A DNA stretch of 56,864 nt. Source: a virus. The translations under genes were made by a program, and so were the position numbers. The notes beneath the pieces are model-generated. The model was given only the letters and a program-made list of their open reading frames with translations. It was not told where the DNA came from and did not search any database. The stretch is taken from the IMG/VR virus record IMGVR_UViG_3300045988_073657, one strand, 5' to 3'. Below are positions 7,658 to 15,515 of the stretch, one piece after another. Position 1 is the first letter of the stretch; each line of letters begins with the position of its first letter.

Positions 7658-8230
7658 ATGAAAGATAATATACTACCAAGAATCTGCAGAACGTGCGGAA
7701 CCAGCTTTTTAGGTGGCCCAAGGGCGTTTTACTGCCCGGAATGCAGAGAGGAGCGTAAAAAAGATCAAATCAAAAGATATAAAGAGCGCATCAAGCACGG
7801 GTCTACAACTCCGCTTGGGTCTATTATACAGTGCGAGTCTTGCGGATGCGATATAATTAAGCGCAGCGGCTTGCAAAGATTTTGCAAAAAATGTGCTAAA
7901 AAGCATTTAAAAATAATTGACAATAAACAGTCTTTAGTCTGGAATAAAAATAATCAAGTAAAAGTAAAAAAATCAAAAAAATTATACAACGATAAAAAGC
8001 AAGCAAACGGAATACATAAAAATAGCGGCATCCCTGGTGTTAATTGGGACACTGTAAAAAATAAATGGATTGCTTGCGTATCTGTTAATCACAGGCAAAT
8101 TAAAATTGTGACTACGTCAAATATAAATGTCGCAAAATCAGCAAGGGAGGAAGCGCAGAAGGCAAAAGAAACCGGATTATTAACAGATGATTTTATAAAC
8201 AAATTAAAATCAAAATATCGTAATCTATAA
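7658..8230 (+). CDS. Zinc-ribbon plus AP2-like DNA-binding domain protein
   Basis: ORF 7532..8230 trimmed to ATG 7658 after the terminator; several CxxC pairs; GVNWDTVKNKWIACVSVNHRQIKI AP2-like segment. Confidence 0.55.
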   Translation: MKDNILPRICRTCGTSFLGGPRAFYCPECREERKKDQIKRYKERIKHGSTTPLGSIIQCESCGCDIIKRSGLQRFCKKCAKKHLKIIDNKQSLVWNKNNQVKVKKSKKLYNDKKQANGIHKNSGIPGVNWDTVKNKWIACVSVNHRQIKIVTTSNINVAKSAREEAQKAKETGLLTDDFINKLKSKYRNL

Positions 8231-8252
8231 GCAGGTGTAACAGCCTGCTTTT
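8230..8252 (+). terminator. Hairpin terminator
   Basis: gcagg/cctgc stem plus TTTT. Confidence 0.5.
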
Positions 8253-8292
8253 CTTGATCTATTTTCACTGCGACATTTTAACGTGCTAAATT

Positions 8293-8322
8293 TTGTAGAC
8301 AAATTGTAGACATTTTGTAGAC
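8293..8322 (+). repeat. Three TTGTAGAC direct repeats with 11-bp phasing
   Basis: Copies start at 8293, 8304 and 8315. Confidence 0.85.
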
Positions 8323-8339
8323 GCAGATTAAATAAAAGG

Positions 8340-8373
8340 AGATTAGATAAAATAAAGGTTAGATAAAATAAAA
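8340..8373 (+). repeat. Tandem TTAGATAAAATAAA repeats with 18-bp period
   Basis: gattagataaaataaa / ggttagataaaataaa. Confidence 0.8.
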
Positions 8374-8636
8374 GTAAATAAATGCAAAAAGACATTGTAT
8401 AACCAAGTATATATAAATACTAGAGCTGACCATTTGCCACCATATACTCATCTGCAAAAATTACCTGTCTGTCTGTCAAATAACACAATTTATCAAATTT
8501 GACCGGATGATATTTTTTAAGCACATGATTTTTATGTGCTCAAGATCACCGGCAGACATACCACAATAACAAATCGTCAAATGCGTAAAAGGTTGTTGTA
8601 GATTTATAAATAGCACTTATGGTATGATAAAAGCAG

Positions 8637-8770
8637 TTAGGGAGCCGACGTTAATACGGTGTGAGTGACAGCGGTACAAATCCAACCCCCTCTCTGGATA
8701 TGCAGCCGCCTAGATTGCAACCAAGACCACCGGAGCCGACAGACCGGAAACGACAAGAAGTCACTAGCTT
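8637..8770 (+). promoter_or_regulatory. GC-rich structured leader upstream of terS, containing GGAGCCGAC twice
   Basis: TGgTATGAT extended -10 at 8620-8628; GGAGCCGAC at 8641-8649 and 8732-8740; no ORF. Confidence 0.35.
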
Positions 8771-8883
8771 GTTACTTTTGTAAATTTATGTTTTTACATG
8801 ATCTGTGGAGGAGATTAAAAGACATAGGTTTATTGAGTGATGCTTAGTGATTTTTTTATTGCAGATTTTCAGGAGGAGCAGAA

Positions 8884-9555
8884 ATGGAAAAAGTCGAAAA
8901 CACAGAAACATCCCAGGTGTATGAAAATGACATGGAATTATACCTATCCCAGTTCTGCAAGGATCAGAAAATCGAGGATATTAGACAAGAGTCTCAAAGC
9001 GTCTGGAATGCTGCTCTTATGTATATTAAACGCCATGCATTTAATGAGCCTGATTGTCTTAAGTCTAAATCCCTTGTAAATACTACTGGATCATTTACAG
9101 GTGGTGTAAGTAATTATAACGCTTATAACTATGATTTAGTTAACCGTATATGTGATTATTATATATATATATGTATGATGTATGACAAAGAGGTATCAGC
9201 TATAGGGTTTAGCCTATTAACAGGTATAGACAGATATACAATAGCTACTTGGAGGGACGAGGGGACAAAATTAAGTCCATCGTGTTCTGACATCGGCAAA
9301 AAGATTTCAGATTTCCGGGAAGAGTCTTTAAGCGCAAAGTTAGCCACAGCAAAGCGCAACCCTGTAGGGATACTGGCAATACTTAACCGCCATTACGGTT
9401 GGAACCTTCCTGGCGTGTCCAGAGAGCAGCAGAACCACAAGCAAGCCTTAACTGCTTCGGATTTGCCACAGTTAGGCGGTATAAATGGACAAAATACATC
9501 AATGTTGACCGATTCCGGAGCGTATGACGATAGCAACGTAGATGCAAATGAGTAG
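8884..9555 (+). CDS. terS: Terminase small subunit
   Basis: HTH-like GFSLLTGIDRYTIATW and the C-terminal NPVGILAILNRHYGWN motif typical of TerS. Confidence 0.8.
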   Translation: MEKVENTETSQVYENDMELYLSQFCKDQKIEDIRQESQSVWNAALMYIKRHAFNEPDCLKSKSLVNTTGSFTGGVSNYNAYNYDLVNRICDYYIYICMMYDKEVSAIGFSLLTGIDRYTIATWRDEGTKLSPSCSDIGKKISDFREESLSAKLATAKRNPVGILAILNRHYGWNLPGVSREQQNHKQALTASDLPQLGGINGQNTSMLTDSGAYDDSNVDANE

Positions 9556-9755
9556 CAACAACATTGGAAACGTGCAGAAATACTGGATAGTTAAGGATGT
9601 ATCAATAAAGACTGCGCGAAGCGCGAATTTTGCGCATAGTTGAAATATGTTGGTGATGATGGGGGAGGGGGTTTATAGAAATTCGGAAACCAGCCCTACT
9701 AAGTCCAGTAAACTACCCAAAAAATAAAAAGGCTTCGACAGGAGGTGATACTAAC

Positions 9756-10301
9756 ATGGAGTTATCTTACACACAAAACAAATTGCAATTTAACAGACCG
9801 TCATTTAAGGACGAACTTAAAGATAAGCTTGGAACAGTTTGCTGTAACTGTGGAAGTAATTTGGATGTAGAGTATCACCATGTAGTGCCTTTGGCATTGG
9901 GAGGAACAAACAATATAGGGAACATTGTACCTCTTTGCCATGTTTGCCATCAAATTGCACATGGATCATTAAACATAAGGGTCATAAAAAGAGCGGAGAA
10001 AACAGGAAGACCTAAAATGTTGCCGGTATCAAACTATTTAGAAATTTTAGAGGAGTACAAAACTGGAAAGATAGGCAAGAAAGAATGTGAGCAAAAACTA
10101 AACATTTCCGGTGGAAATAAGCTGTCGGACAAGTGGTACTACAAAGAATACCTGAGAGACAATCACATCAAGGTTATAAAAAACCGAGTTGATATGCTTA
10201 GTATTCCAAAGTGCCAGAAAGTGGATCATTCTGCAGAACCGATTGCAAGAGTGATTTATGATGACGGAAGGGAAGAAAAGTTTTACAGAGAATGTGGATG
10301 A
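9756..10301 (+). CDS. HNH endonuclease
   Basis: CxxC...EYHHVVPLALGG...NIVPLCHVCHQIAH. Confidence 0.85.
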   Translation: MELSYTQNKLQFNRPSFKDELKDKLGTVCCNCGSNLDVEYHHVVPLALGGTNNIGNIVPLCHVCHQIAHGSLNIRVIKRAEKTGRPKMLPVSNYLEILEEYKTGKIGKKECEQKLNISGGNKLSDKWYYKEYLRDNHIKVIKNRVDMLSIPKCQKVDHSAEPIARVIYDDGREEKFYRECG

Positions 10302-10421
10302 TTTTCATTTACATAGTTTTAGCATGGATACTGGTTCAATTACATGCTCCTGCATGGGTATATATCCTGTTCATTATCGGAGTATTTTTAAGAGCAGTAG
10401 TCACTGGTAGAGATTAAGCGT

Positions 10422-10823
10422 ATGCAGATATTTGGGAAAGAAATAAAAGACGAATGTTCAAAATGCGGTGAAGTCCTGCAATGCGAATTGTTTCTGCAAG
10501 GCCACGGAATCAAGAGAAACCGTGAGAACGTTACGGAAATGGTTAGCTGTCAGATGAAGCACCAAAAGAGCAGACTTGATAAAGAGCCTAAAGAAGATTT
10601 GCCAGTTAAGGAGAAATGTGAATTGCCGCCGGAGATTAAAGAGATTTACACAGAAGTTTGGAAAATCCATAAAGAGTGCGCTAATCCGAAAACGGATGAT
10701 GACTGGTCGTATCTTATCCGGCAAGGCAATCTGCTGATTAAAATGCACAACAATAGCCAGTTTGCTAAAGCACTGGTAATGGCAATGATTGATGAAATTG
10801 AAGAAAGGAAGAAGAAAAAATGA
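10422..10823 (+). CDS. Hypothetical protein
   Basis: 133-aa ORF. Confidence 0.55.
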   Translation: MQIFGKEIKDECSKCGEVLQCELFLQGHGIKRNRENVTEMVSCQMKHQKSRLDKEPKEDLPVKEKCELPPEIKEIYTEVWKIHKECANPKTDDDWSYLIRQGNLLIKMHNNSQFAKALVMAMIDEIEERKKKK

Positions 10824-11005
10824 AAAAGATAATCAGGAAATTCTTAAAAGTATGTTCTTCAACAGCATTACTTACTATTTGCGGAAGTTGTTTTCAGATT
10901 GCAAGGGATTCTAGTGCAGATACAATTTCGAGAGTGCTGTGCATTGCGTTCGGACTGATATTTATGATTGCAAATTACTTTGTGTGGGAGGTAGAGTTAA
11001 CATGA
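10820..11005 (+). CDS. Small membrane protein
   Basis: ATGA-coupled to the upstream gene; two hydrophobic segments. Confidence 0.55.
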   Translation: MKKIIRKFLKVCSSTALLTICGSCFQIARDSSADTISRVLCIAFGLIFMIANYFVWEVELT

Positions 11006-11166
11006 TTTTATTCATAATTTTGAAAATCGTGACAACCGCAGTAATGGCGTTTTTCGCAATAGCAAGTGCATTTGATGCTCCTAAACAGAAAAAAGCATCA
11101 GACGAAGTTATTTTATTCGCATTTGCAATGTTCCTTGCGTTTGGAATAACTTTTATGTGGGTATAG
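11002..11166 (+). CDS. Small membrane protein
   Basis: ORF 10939..11166 trimmed to ATG 11002 (ATGA overlap); two TM segments. Confidence 0.55.
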   Translation: MILFIILKIVTTAVMAFFAIASAFDAPKQKKASDEVILFAFAMFLAFGITFMWV

Positions 11167-11169
11167 CCT

Positions 11170-11334
11170 ATGTGGTTACCGGAGATTATGCGAATTATCC
11201 CATATCACATCGTTGAATGGGTTAAATTCATAAAGCCATTGTTATTGCCGAATATCCTGTGTTGTGTTGGCATTGGATATGTGTCGGAGAAATCAAGGCA
11301 TCAAGAGTGTATGCAGCCTGTGTGCGGGAAATGA
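11170..11334 (+). CDS. Possible 54-aa ORF (below the ORF-track cutoff)
   Basis: Translated by hand: MWLPEIMRIIPYHIVEWVKF...; weak RBS. Confidence 0.3.
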   Translation: MWLPEIMRIIPYHIVEWVKFIKPLLLPNILCCVGIGYVSEKSRHQECMQPVCGK

Positions 11335-11389
11335 AAAATGAAATAATGCGTTCGACAACACTAAGTTTTTCAAAGTACCGTGCACAGGC

Positions 11390-11418
11390 TTGACAATTTT
11401 TAAATTAAGCAATATAGG
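11390..11418 (+). promoter_or_regulatory. Promoter TTGACA-17-TATAGG ahead of the RNA island
   Basis: Read directly from the sequence. Confidence 0.5.
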
Positions 11419-11467
11419 GTGTTTCACGAAAATAATCCGGGAGCAGATGGTCTCTCTCCCGGAGTTT

Positions 11468-11538
11468 AGGGCTATCGCCAAGCGGTAAGGCACAGCACTT
11501 TGACTGCTGCATCCCAGGTCCGAATCCTGGTAGTCCTG
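11468..11538 (+). tRNA. tRNA-Gln (anticodon UUG)
   Basis: Hand-folded cloverleaf: acceptor agggcta/tagtcct, anticodon loop cTTTGac; T-loop TCCGAAT is atypical (C55). Confidence 0.7.
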
Positions 11539-12048
11539 TTTCGCAGATGTTTTCTTCTTTCGGTCTTTGCCATCTGCGAATTGTCTTCCATACTTTTCCA
11601 TTGGAGACACTCCTTTCACCTCATAGCGGAATGCTGTTAAGAGCCGTCGCAAGGCTCGTGAGGGTTTAACCGGTTTATGATAGACCGGTTTTTGCAGAAT
11701 ACCGTTGTTGGTTTAATCTGCATCTGTTTTGTACCATACAACAGTTTAGAAGAGTATGTGGCTCAACAGAGATACTGCACAGCCCTTGCAGACATAAAAT
11801 GGGTGTATGTGGTGACAGAATAGGTATTGTTAATGTGTAAGGCTTGATAATGGTCGGGCGGTAATACGCTGACAGACGTTCACAGGAATGCAAGCTATGT
11901 GAGGTGCAAATCCTCACTCACATACGCATCCGGTCCGCTACCGGATATAGTGTTGGTGGCAGAATCCCACTTGAATCAAAAAAATGCCGTAAGTGTTGCT
12001 TGGTGTCCGAGCCTTAAATGTCGGCAGACAGCTTGCGGAAATGTATAT
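11539..12048 (+). ncRNA. Large structured non-coding RNA candidate (possibly ROOL/GOLLD-class; class not verified)
   Basis: 510 nt without a credible ORF; GC visibly higher than the flanks; many perfect local stems; flanked by tRNAs. Confidence 0.45.
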
Positions 12049-12121
12049 TGTGACGTAGCGCAAATGGAGAGAGCAACAGTCTTCTAAGCTGTGGGGTATG
12101 GGTTCGAGTCCCTTCGTCACA
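12049..12121 (+). tRNA. tRNA-Arg (anticodon UCU)
   Basis: Acceptor tgtgacg/cgtcaca; anticodon loop cTTCTaa; T-loop TTCGAGT; one mismatch each in the D and T stems. Confidence 0.65.
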
Positions 12122-12242
12122 ATGGGTGTTGTTGCAAGTACACTCCGAGTACGCTTATTACAGAAGCATAGGGGATAAATACACCGGTTAATGTTTATCT
12201 CATGGGAACTTGATGGAGCCGCTTGCGGCTGACTAAAAAATC

Positions 12243-12276
12243 CTTGGGTGGGAGATAACCAAGTAAAAAACCTCCC
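12243..12276 (+). ncRNA. H-type pseudoknot candidate with an A-rich loop 3
   Basis: S1 cttgg(12243-47)/ccaag(12259-63); S2 gggag(12250-54)/ctccc(12272-76); L3 taaaaaac. Confidence 0.35.
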
Positions 12277-12280
12277 GACT

Positions 12281-12363
12281 GCAGATATGGTGTAATGGTA
12301 TCACAGTAGCTTGCTAAGCTATCCAGCAGAAATGCTGTCAAGGTTCAAATCCTTGTATCTGCG
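12281..12363 (+). tRNA. tRNA-Ser (anticodon GCU)
   Basis: Acceptor gcagata/tatctgc; loop tTGCTaa; paired long variable arm cagca-gaaa-tgctg; T-loop TTCAAAT. Confidence 0.8.
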
Positions 12364-12457
12364 TTTATACGAGTGGGAACGCATATTATTTTTCGCAGGG
12401 GGATATGCATAATTGTGAGTTGAGATACCTGTTTTAGCAATTAACCATGCTATATTT

Positions 12458-12541
12458 GCCATGTGTCCGGTTGGTCGAGGGTGCTGTCTTGAAAACAGTC
12501 TGGATGTAAAAGGCTTGCAGGTTCAAATCCTGTGTACGGCG
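12458..12541 (+). tRNA. tRNA-Ser (anticodon UGA)-like, degenerate
   Basis: D region gtgtccggttggtcgaggg and loop cTTGAaa fit tRNA-Ser, but there is an acceptor A-C mismatch and the variable arm does not pair. Confidence 0.4.
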
Positions 12542-12609
12542 TTTATCTTTATTTCCACTTAGCCGGGTACTACTGCAATAGTTCCGGTCGATGGGAGATG
12601 TATGGATAG

Positions 12610-12719
12610 TAGTTGCTCATTATCGGTCAACGAAAAACACTTCTGCGAGTAGAATTTGCAGATTCAAAAGCAGTCGTACATTGTTTGGGTCGGGTGGGTT
12701 CAACTCCCACGGCAACTAT
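12610..12719 (+). ncRNA. tRNA-like element: canonical T-arm plus 7-8 bp acceptor helix, but no canonical anticodon arm
   Basis: gtggg-TTCAACT-cccac; tagttgct pairs with ggcaacta about 100 nt apart. Confidence 0.35.
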
Positions 12720-12877
12720 TCCCTAGCTAAAACGTAAGCCACATATGTTTAGCGAAAACCAAGCCTATGAAGTAGAGAACAGACAAGACTGTGAGATTGT
12801 GGATAGTCAGTGACAAGTAGGCGGTGCACATTTGGTTATGGCAAGCGCAAGCCATAAAAGGTTTTACGGTGCGATTC

Positions 12878-12950
12878 CCATGTATAGCTTCAGTGGTAGA
12901 ACAGCATCCGCATAGGATGTGTGCCGGCGGTTCGATTCCGTCTGCATGGG
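12878..12950 (+). tRNA. tRNA-Met/Ile2-like (anticodon CAU), atypical G33
   Basis: Acceptor ccatgta/tgcatgg; loop cgCATag; T-loop TTCGATT. Confidence 0.55.
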
Positions 12951-12966
12951 TTACGGAGGATATGAT

Positions 12967-13254
12967 ATGAAACATATCAAAGAATGTAGCACTTGCGACA
13001 GGTGCGGAGCAGAGATAGGGAAAATGCCGGATTTTTTAAATTATTTGATTCCGGTAAAAATGCCAGCACATTTTCGTATGGATTATTTCGAAAAGACAGG
13101 TTATATAGCAAATGAACGACTGTTGAGAAACAAAATGCTATCCGCAACCATCGTTGTAATCCATGAACGTAAATCAAAGGAATATGAATTATGCCCTAAG
13201 TGCCGGAAAGAGTTTGAAAGGTGGATGAAAAATGAGCATGGCAGCAGTAATTGA
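12967..13254 (+). CDS. Zinc-ribbon protein (CxxC...CxxC)
   Basis: ORF 12919..13254 trimmed to ATG 12967 after GGAGG; the longer version would overlap the tRNA. Confidence 0.6.
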   Translation: MKHIKECSTCDRCGAEIGKMPDFLNYLIPVKMPAHFRMDYFEKTGYIANERLLRNKMLSATIVVIHERKSKEYELCPKCRKEFERWMKNEHGSSN

Positions 13255-13495
13255 GAGAATAGAGCGTGATGCACTACTAATCAGAGAACACAATCCAGAG
13301 ATCATTGGCAGAATAAAAGATATTCCAGCAGTGATATGTGAACCTGAAAAATATGATATGTACGAACAAATTTTTGATACGGCGTTGGTGGAACATCGTT
13401 GCCAGCACTGCAACCGTCTTTTAGGAAAGTTTTTGGGACAGGCTGAAATCAAATGCCCGAAATGTGGGAAAATCAATAGAATCGGGGTGAAATAA
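13232..13495 (+). CDS. Protein with C-terminal Mu Com-like zinc finger
   Basis: CQHCNRLLGK...EIKCPKCGKIN matches the Com-type pattern. Confidence 0.6.
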   Translation: MSMAAVIERIERDALLIREHNPEIIGRIKDIPAVICEPEKYDMYEQIFDTALVEHRCQHCNRLLGKFLGQAEIKCPKCGKINRIGVK

Positions 13496-13498
13496 TTT

Positions 13499-13669
13499 GT
13501 GAATCAAGTAAAGTTGGTGAAATGGCAATATTGCAAAAACCTTAATGATATAAATCAAGCCATTCTGCAAAACGACCAGAATTGGGAAGAATTAAAGAGT
13601 GCAGAACAAATTATCAGTATAACATTTGACACAAACCATATGTGTTATGTTGTGTTTTGGACTGTTTAG
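13499..13669 (+). CDS. Possible 56-aa ORF (below the track cutoff)
   Basis: Hand translation from GTG 13499: VNQVKLVKWQYCKNLNDINQAILQND... Confidence 0.35.
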   Translation: MNQVKLVKWQYCKNLNDINQAILQNDQNWEELKSAEQIISITFDTNHMCYVVFWTV

Positions 13670-13763
13670 CATAGCAAATAGAATATTTCCAAGAGCACCA
13701 GTCGTAGAGTGCCTACGCAGAGAGCCAAATTTCCAAAATTTTAGGGAAGGAGGCTCTTTTATA

Positions 13764-15503
13764 TTGGCAAGTCAGAGCCTTATATCGGCAGTAAACAGCT
13801 ATGACAATTACATACAGCGCAAGGGAATTGATGAACAGGTCATTGATGCGTACATACAGGCATTATCGGTTGCATTTCGGTCAGAAAATGATGTTAAGTA
13901 CGGATTGCAGCAATCAGCAAAAACAAAGTCACTTATTGCAAAATATGTCAGAGAAAAGACAGGCGGAAGAGTTGCTGATTTGGAAGTATACGCAGGGGAT
14001 AATGATACATCATATAAAATTTTAGATCAATTTTACAATGTTTTAATGTATGAATCAGCGTATCTAGTTGACAGCTTTTTTTATTACATTGAAATTGATG
14101 AAAAGGATCCGTGGAAGAGATTTTATTTTCCAAGAAGAAACGTTTTAAAACAAGTAGTAGGAGCATATCAAGAAATTTACGATGGGAAACTGGATTTTCT
14201 ATCAGTTTCCCAGCCAAAACGTACAGGAAAGACAACCGGAGGATTGAAACTGGCACAAATGATGGGTGGAAGAGATCCAGACGGAAGTATTTTCGGTGTT
14301 GGAAAAGGTGAAGGACTGGTAAAGAGGTTTTACGGTGGTCTTTTACAAGGATTTGAGACTGAAAGTACTTATCAGCGGTTTTTAAGTGTTTTTCCGGAAG
14401 CTACAAAAATAAGCAAAGATGGATACAAGAGTGCAGAGAATTTGTCCATAGACCTTAAAAGCAAGAATATTTTTCCAACATTTACTTGCCGACCTATTGA
14501 CGGTGCAATTGTAGGTTGTACGGAAGCAAATGTGCTTGTCTATATTGATGACTGCGTAAAGAACCATGAGGAAGCAAGAAACAGAGACAGGCTAGAGTTC
14601 CTATGTGAGAAGGTCACAGATGACGTTTTAGGACGTAGATTAGAGGGTACGCCAATTATTATCCAAGGAACAAAATACAGCTTGTATGACCCTATTACAG
14701 CGTTACAGACCAAGGCTGATGAACTGGGATGGAAATGGAGAGAAGTTGCAATTCCGGCACTTGATCCGGTCACGGATGAAAGTAACTGGGAAATTTACCG
14801 AAAGGACAAGCGAGGTCTTAGAAAAATATTCACTACGGACTATTACCGGAAAGAAAGAAAACTTGTTTCCGAAGAAACCTGGGCGGCAGAGTTCCAACAA
14901 GAGCCATACGAAGCAAAGGGAAGAATGTTCTCTGAAAGTGAGTTAAATTATTTTGAGGAACTTCCAGTTGACAGAGAGCCGGATGCAATCATGGCGGCTT
15001 GTGATAGTGCTGACAAGGGAGAAGATAGCTGCGCTATGCCAGTCGGATATGTGTACGGTAACGAGGTATATATCGTTGATGTAGTATTTGATAATGCAGG
15101 AACACAGTTCACAAAGCCTGAATGCGCAAATATGCTTATTAAGCACAATGTTAAAACAGTCACTTTTGAGAGCAACAGTGCCGGGGAATATTTTGGTCGT
15201 GATGTTATGGACATTGTAAAGTCGCAGGGAGGAAGATGTAGCGCAAGGTTTAAGTTTAACTGTTCCAACAAAATTACGAGAATGGAAAATGCAAGGGATA
15301 ATGTAATTCGTGATTATTATTTTCGTGATTTCAAGAAAATGGACAGGCAGAGCCAGTACTACAAATTCATGAAGGAATTAACCACTATGACACGTAGCGG
15401 AAAAGTAAAACACGATGATGCACCGGATAGCATTGCATTGTTTGAAAATGAGATGCGTAGCGGATACATAAAGCCAACAGTAATTTTGCCAAGCCCTATA
15501 TAG
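13764..15503 (+). CDS. terL: Terminase large subunit
   Basis: Walker A-like QPKRTGKTT; VYIDDCV; C-terminal nuclease-like AACDSADKGEDS; start set to TTG 13764, 10 nt after GGAGG (the ORF is open from 13626). Confidence 0.85.
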   Translation: MASQSLISAVNSYDNYIQRKGIDEQVIDAYIQALSVAFRSENDVKYGLQQSAKTKSLIAKYVREKTGGRVADLEVYAGDNDTSYKILDQFYNVLMYESAYLVDSFFYYIEIDEKDPWKRFYFPRRNVLKQVVGAYQEIYDGKLDFLSVSQPKRTGKTTGGLKLAQMMGGRDPDGSIFGVGKGEGLVKRFYGGLLQGFETESTYQRFLSVFPEATKISKDGYKSAENLSIDLKSKNIFPTFTCRPIDGAIVGCTEANVLVYIDDCVKNHEEARNRDRLEFLCEKVTDDVLGRRLEGTPIIIQGTKYSLYDPITALQTKADELGWKWREVAIPALDPVTDESNWEIYRKDKRGLRKIFTTDYYRKERKLVSEETWAAEFQQEPYEAKGRMFSESELNYFEELPVDREPDAIMAACDSADKGEDSCAMPVGYVYGNEVYIVDVVFDNAGTQFTKPECANMLIKHNVKTVTFESNSAGEYFGRDVMDIVKSQGGRCSARFKFNCSNKITRMENARDNVIRDYYFRDFKKMDRQSQYYKFMKELTTMTRSGKVKHDDAPDSIALFENEMRSGYIKPTVILPSPI

Positions 15504-15515
15504 GAGGTAAATCGA

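Noticed and set aside
9661-9671. GGGGGAGGGGG run as a G-quadruplex
   Set aside because: There are only two G-runs, which is not enough for an intramolecular quadruplex. It is probably incidental intergenic sequence before the HNH gene.
8637-10301. HEARO/omega-RNA plus IscB-like system (structured RNA upstream of an HNH gene)
   Set aside because: The HNH protein is only 181 aa and has no RuvC or bridge-helix segments. terS lies between the RNA-like leader and the HNH gene. It fits the ordinary terminase-associated phage HNH.
11293-11652. 119-aa minus-strand ORF with an AAGGAG-ATG at 11598
   Set aside because: It runs antisense straight through tRNA-Gln and the promoter and hairpin, and its sequence is low quality. 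It is most likely a chance ORF inside structured RNA.
11899-11917. Extra tRNA suggested by the T-arm-like hairpin gtgagg-TGCAAAT-cctcac
   Set aside because: The loop has G at the invariant U55 position, and no acceptor, D or anticodon arms can be built around it. It is treated as part of the large RNA candidate.
12243-12276. preQ1-I riboswitch
   Set aside because: The pseudoknot topology and A-rich tail are similar, but the conserved loop nucleotides (the UUC-type L1 and the ligand-pairing C in L2) are not present. The element also precedes a tRNA rather than an mRNA.
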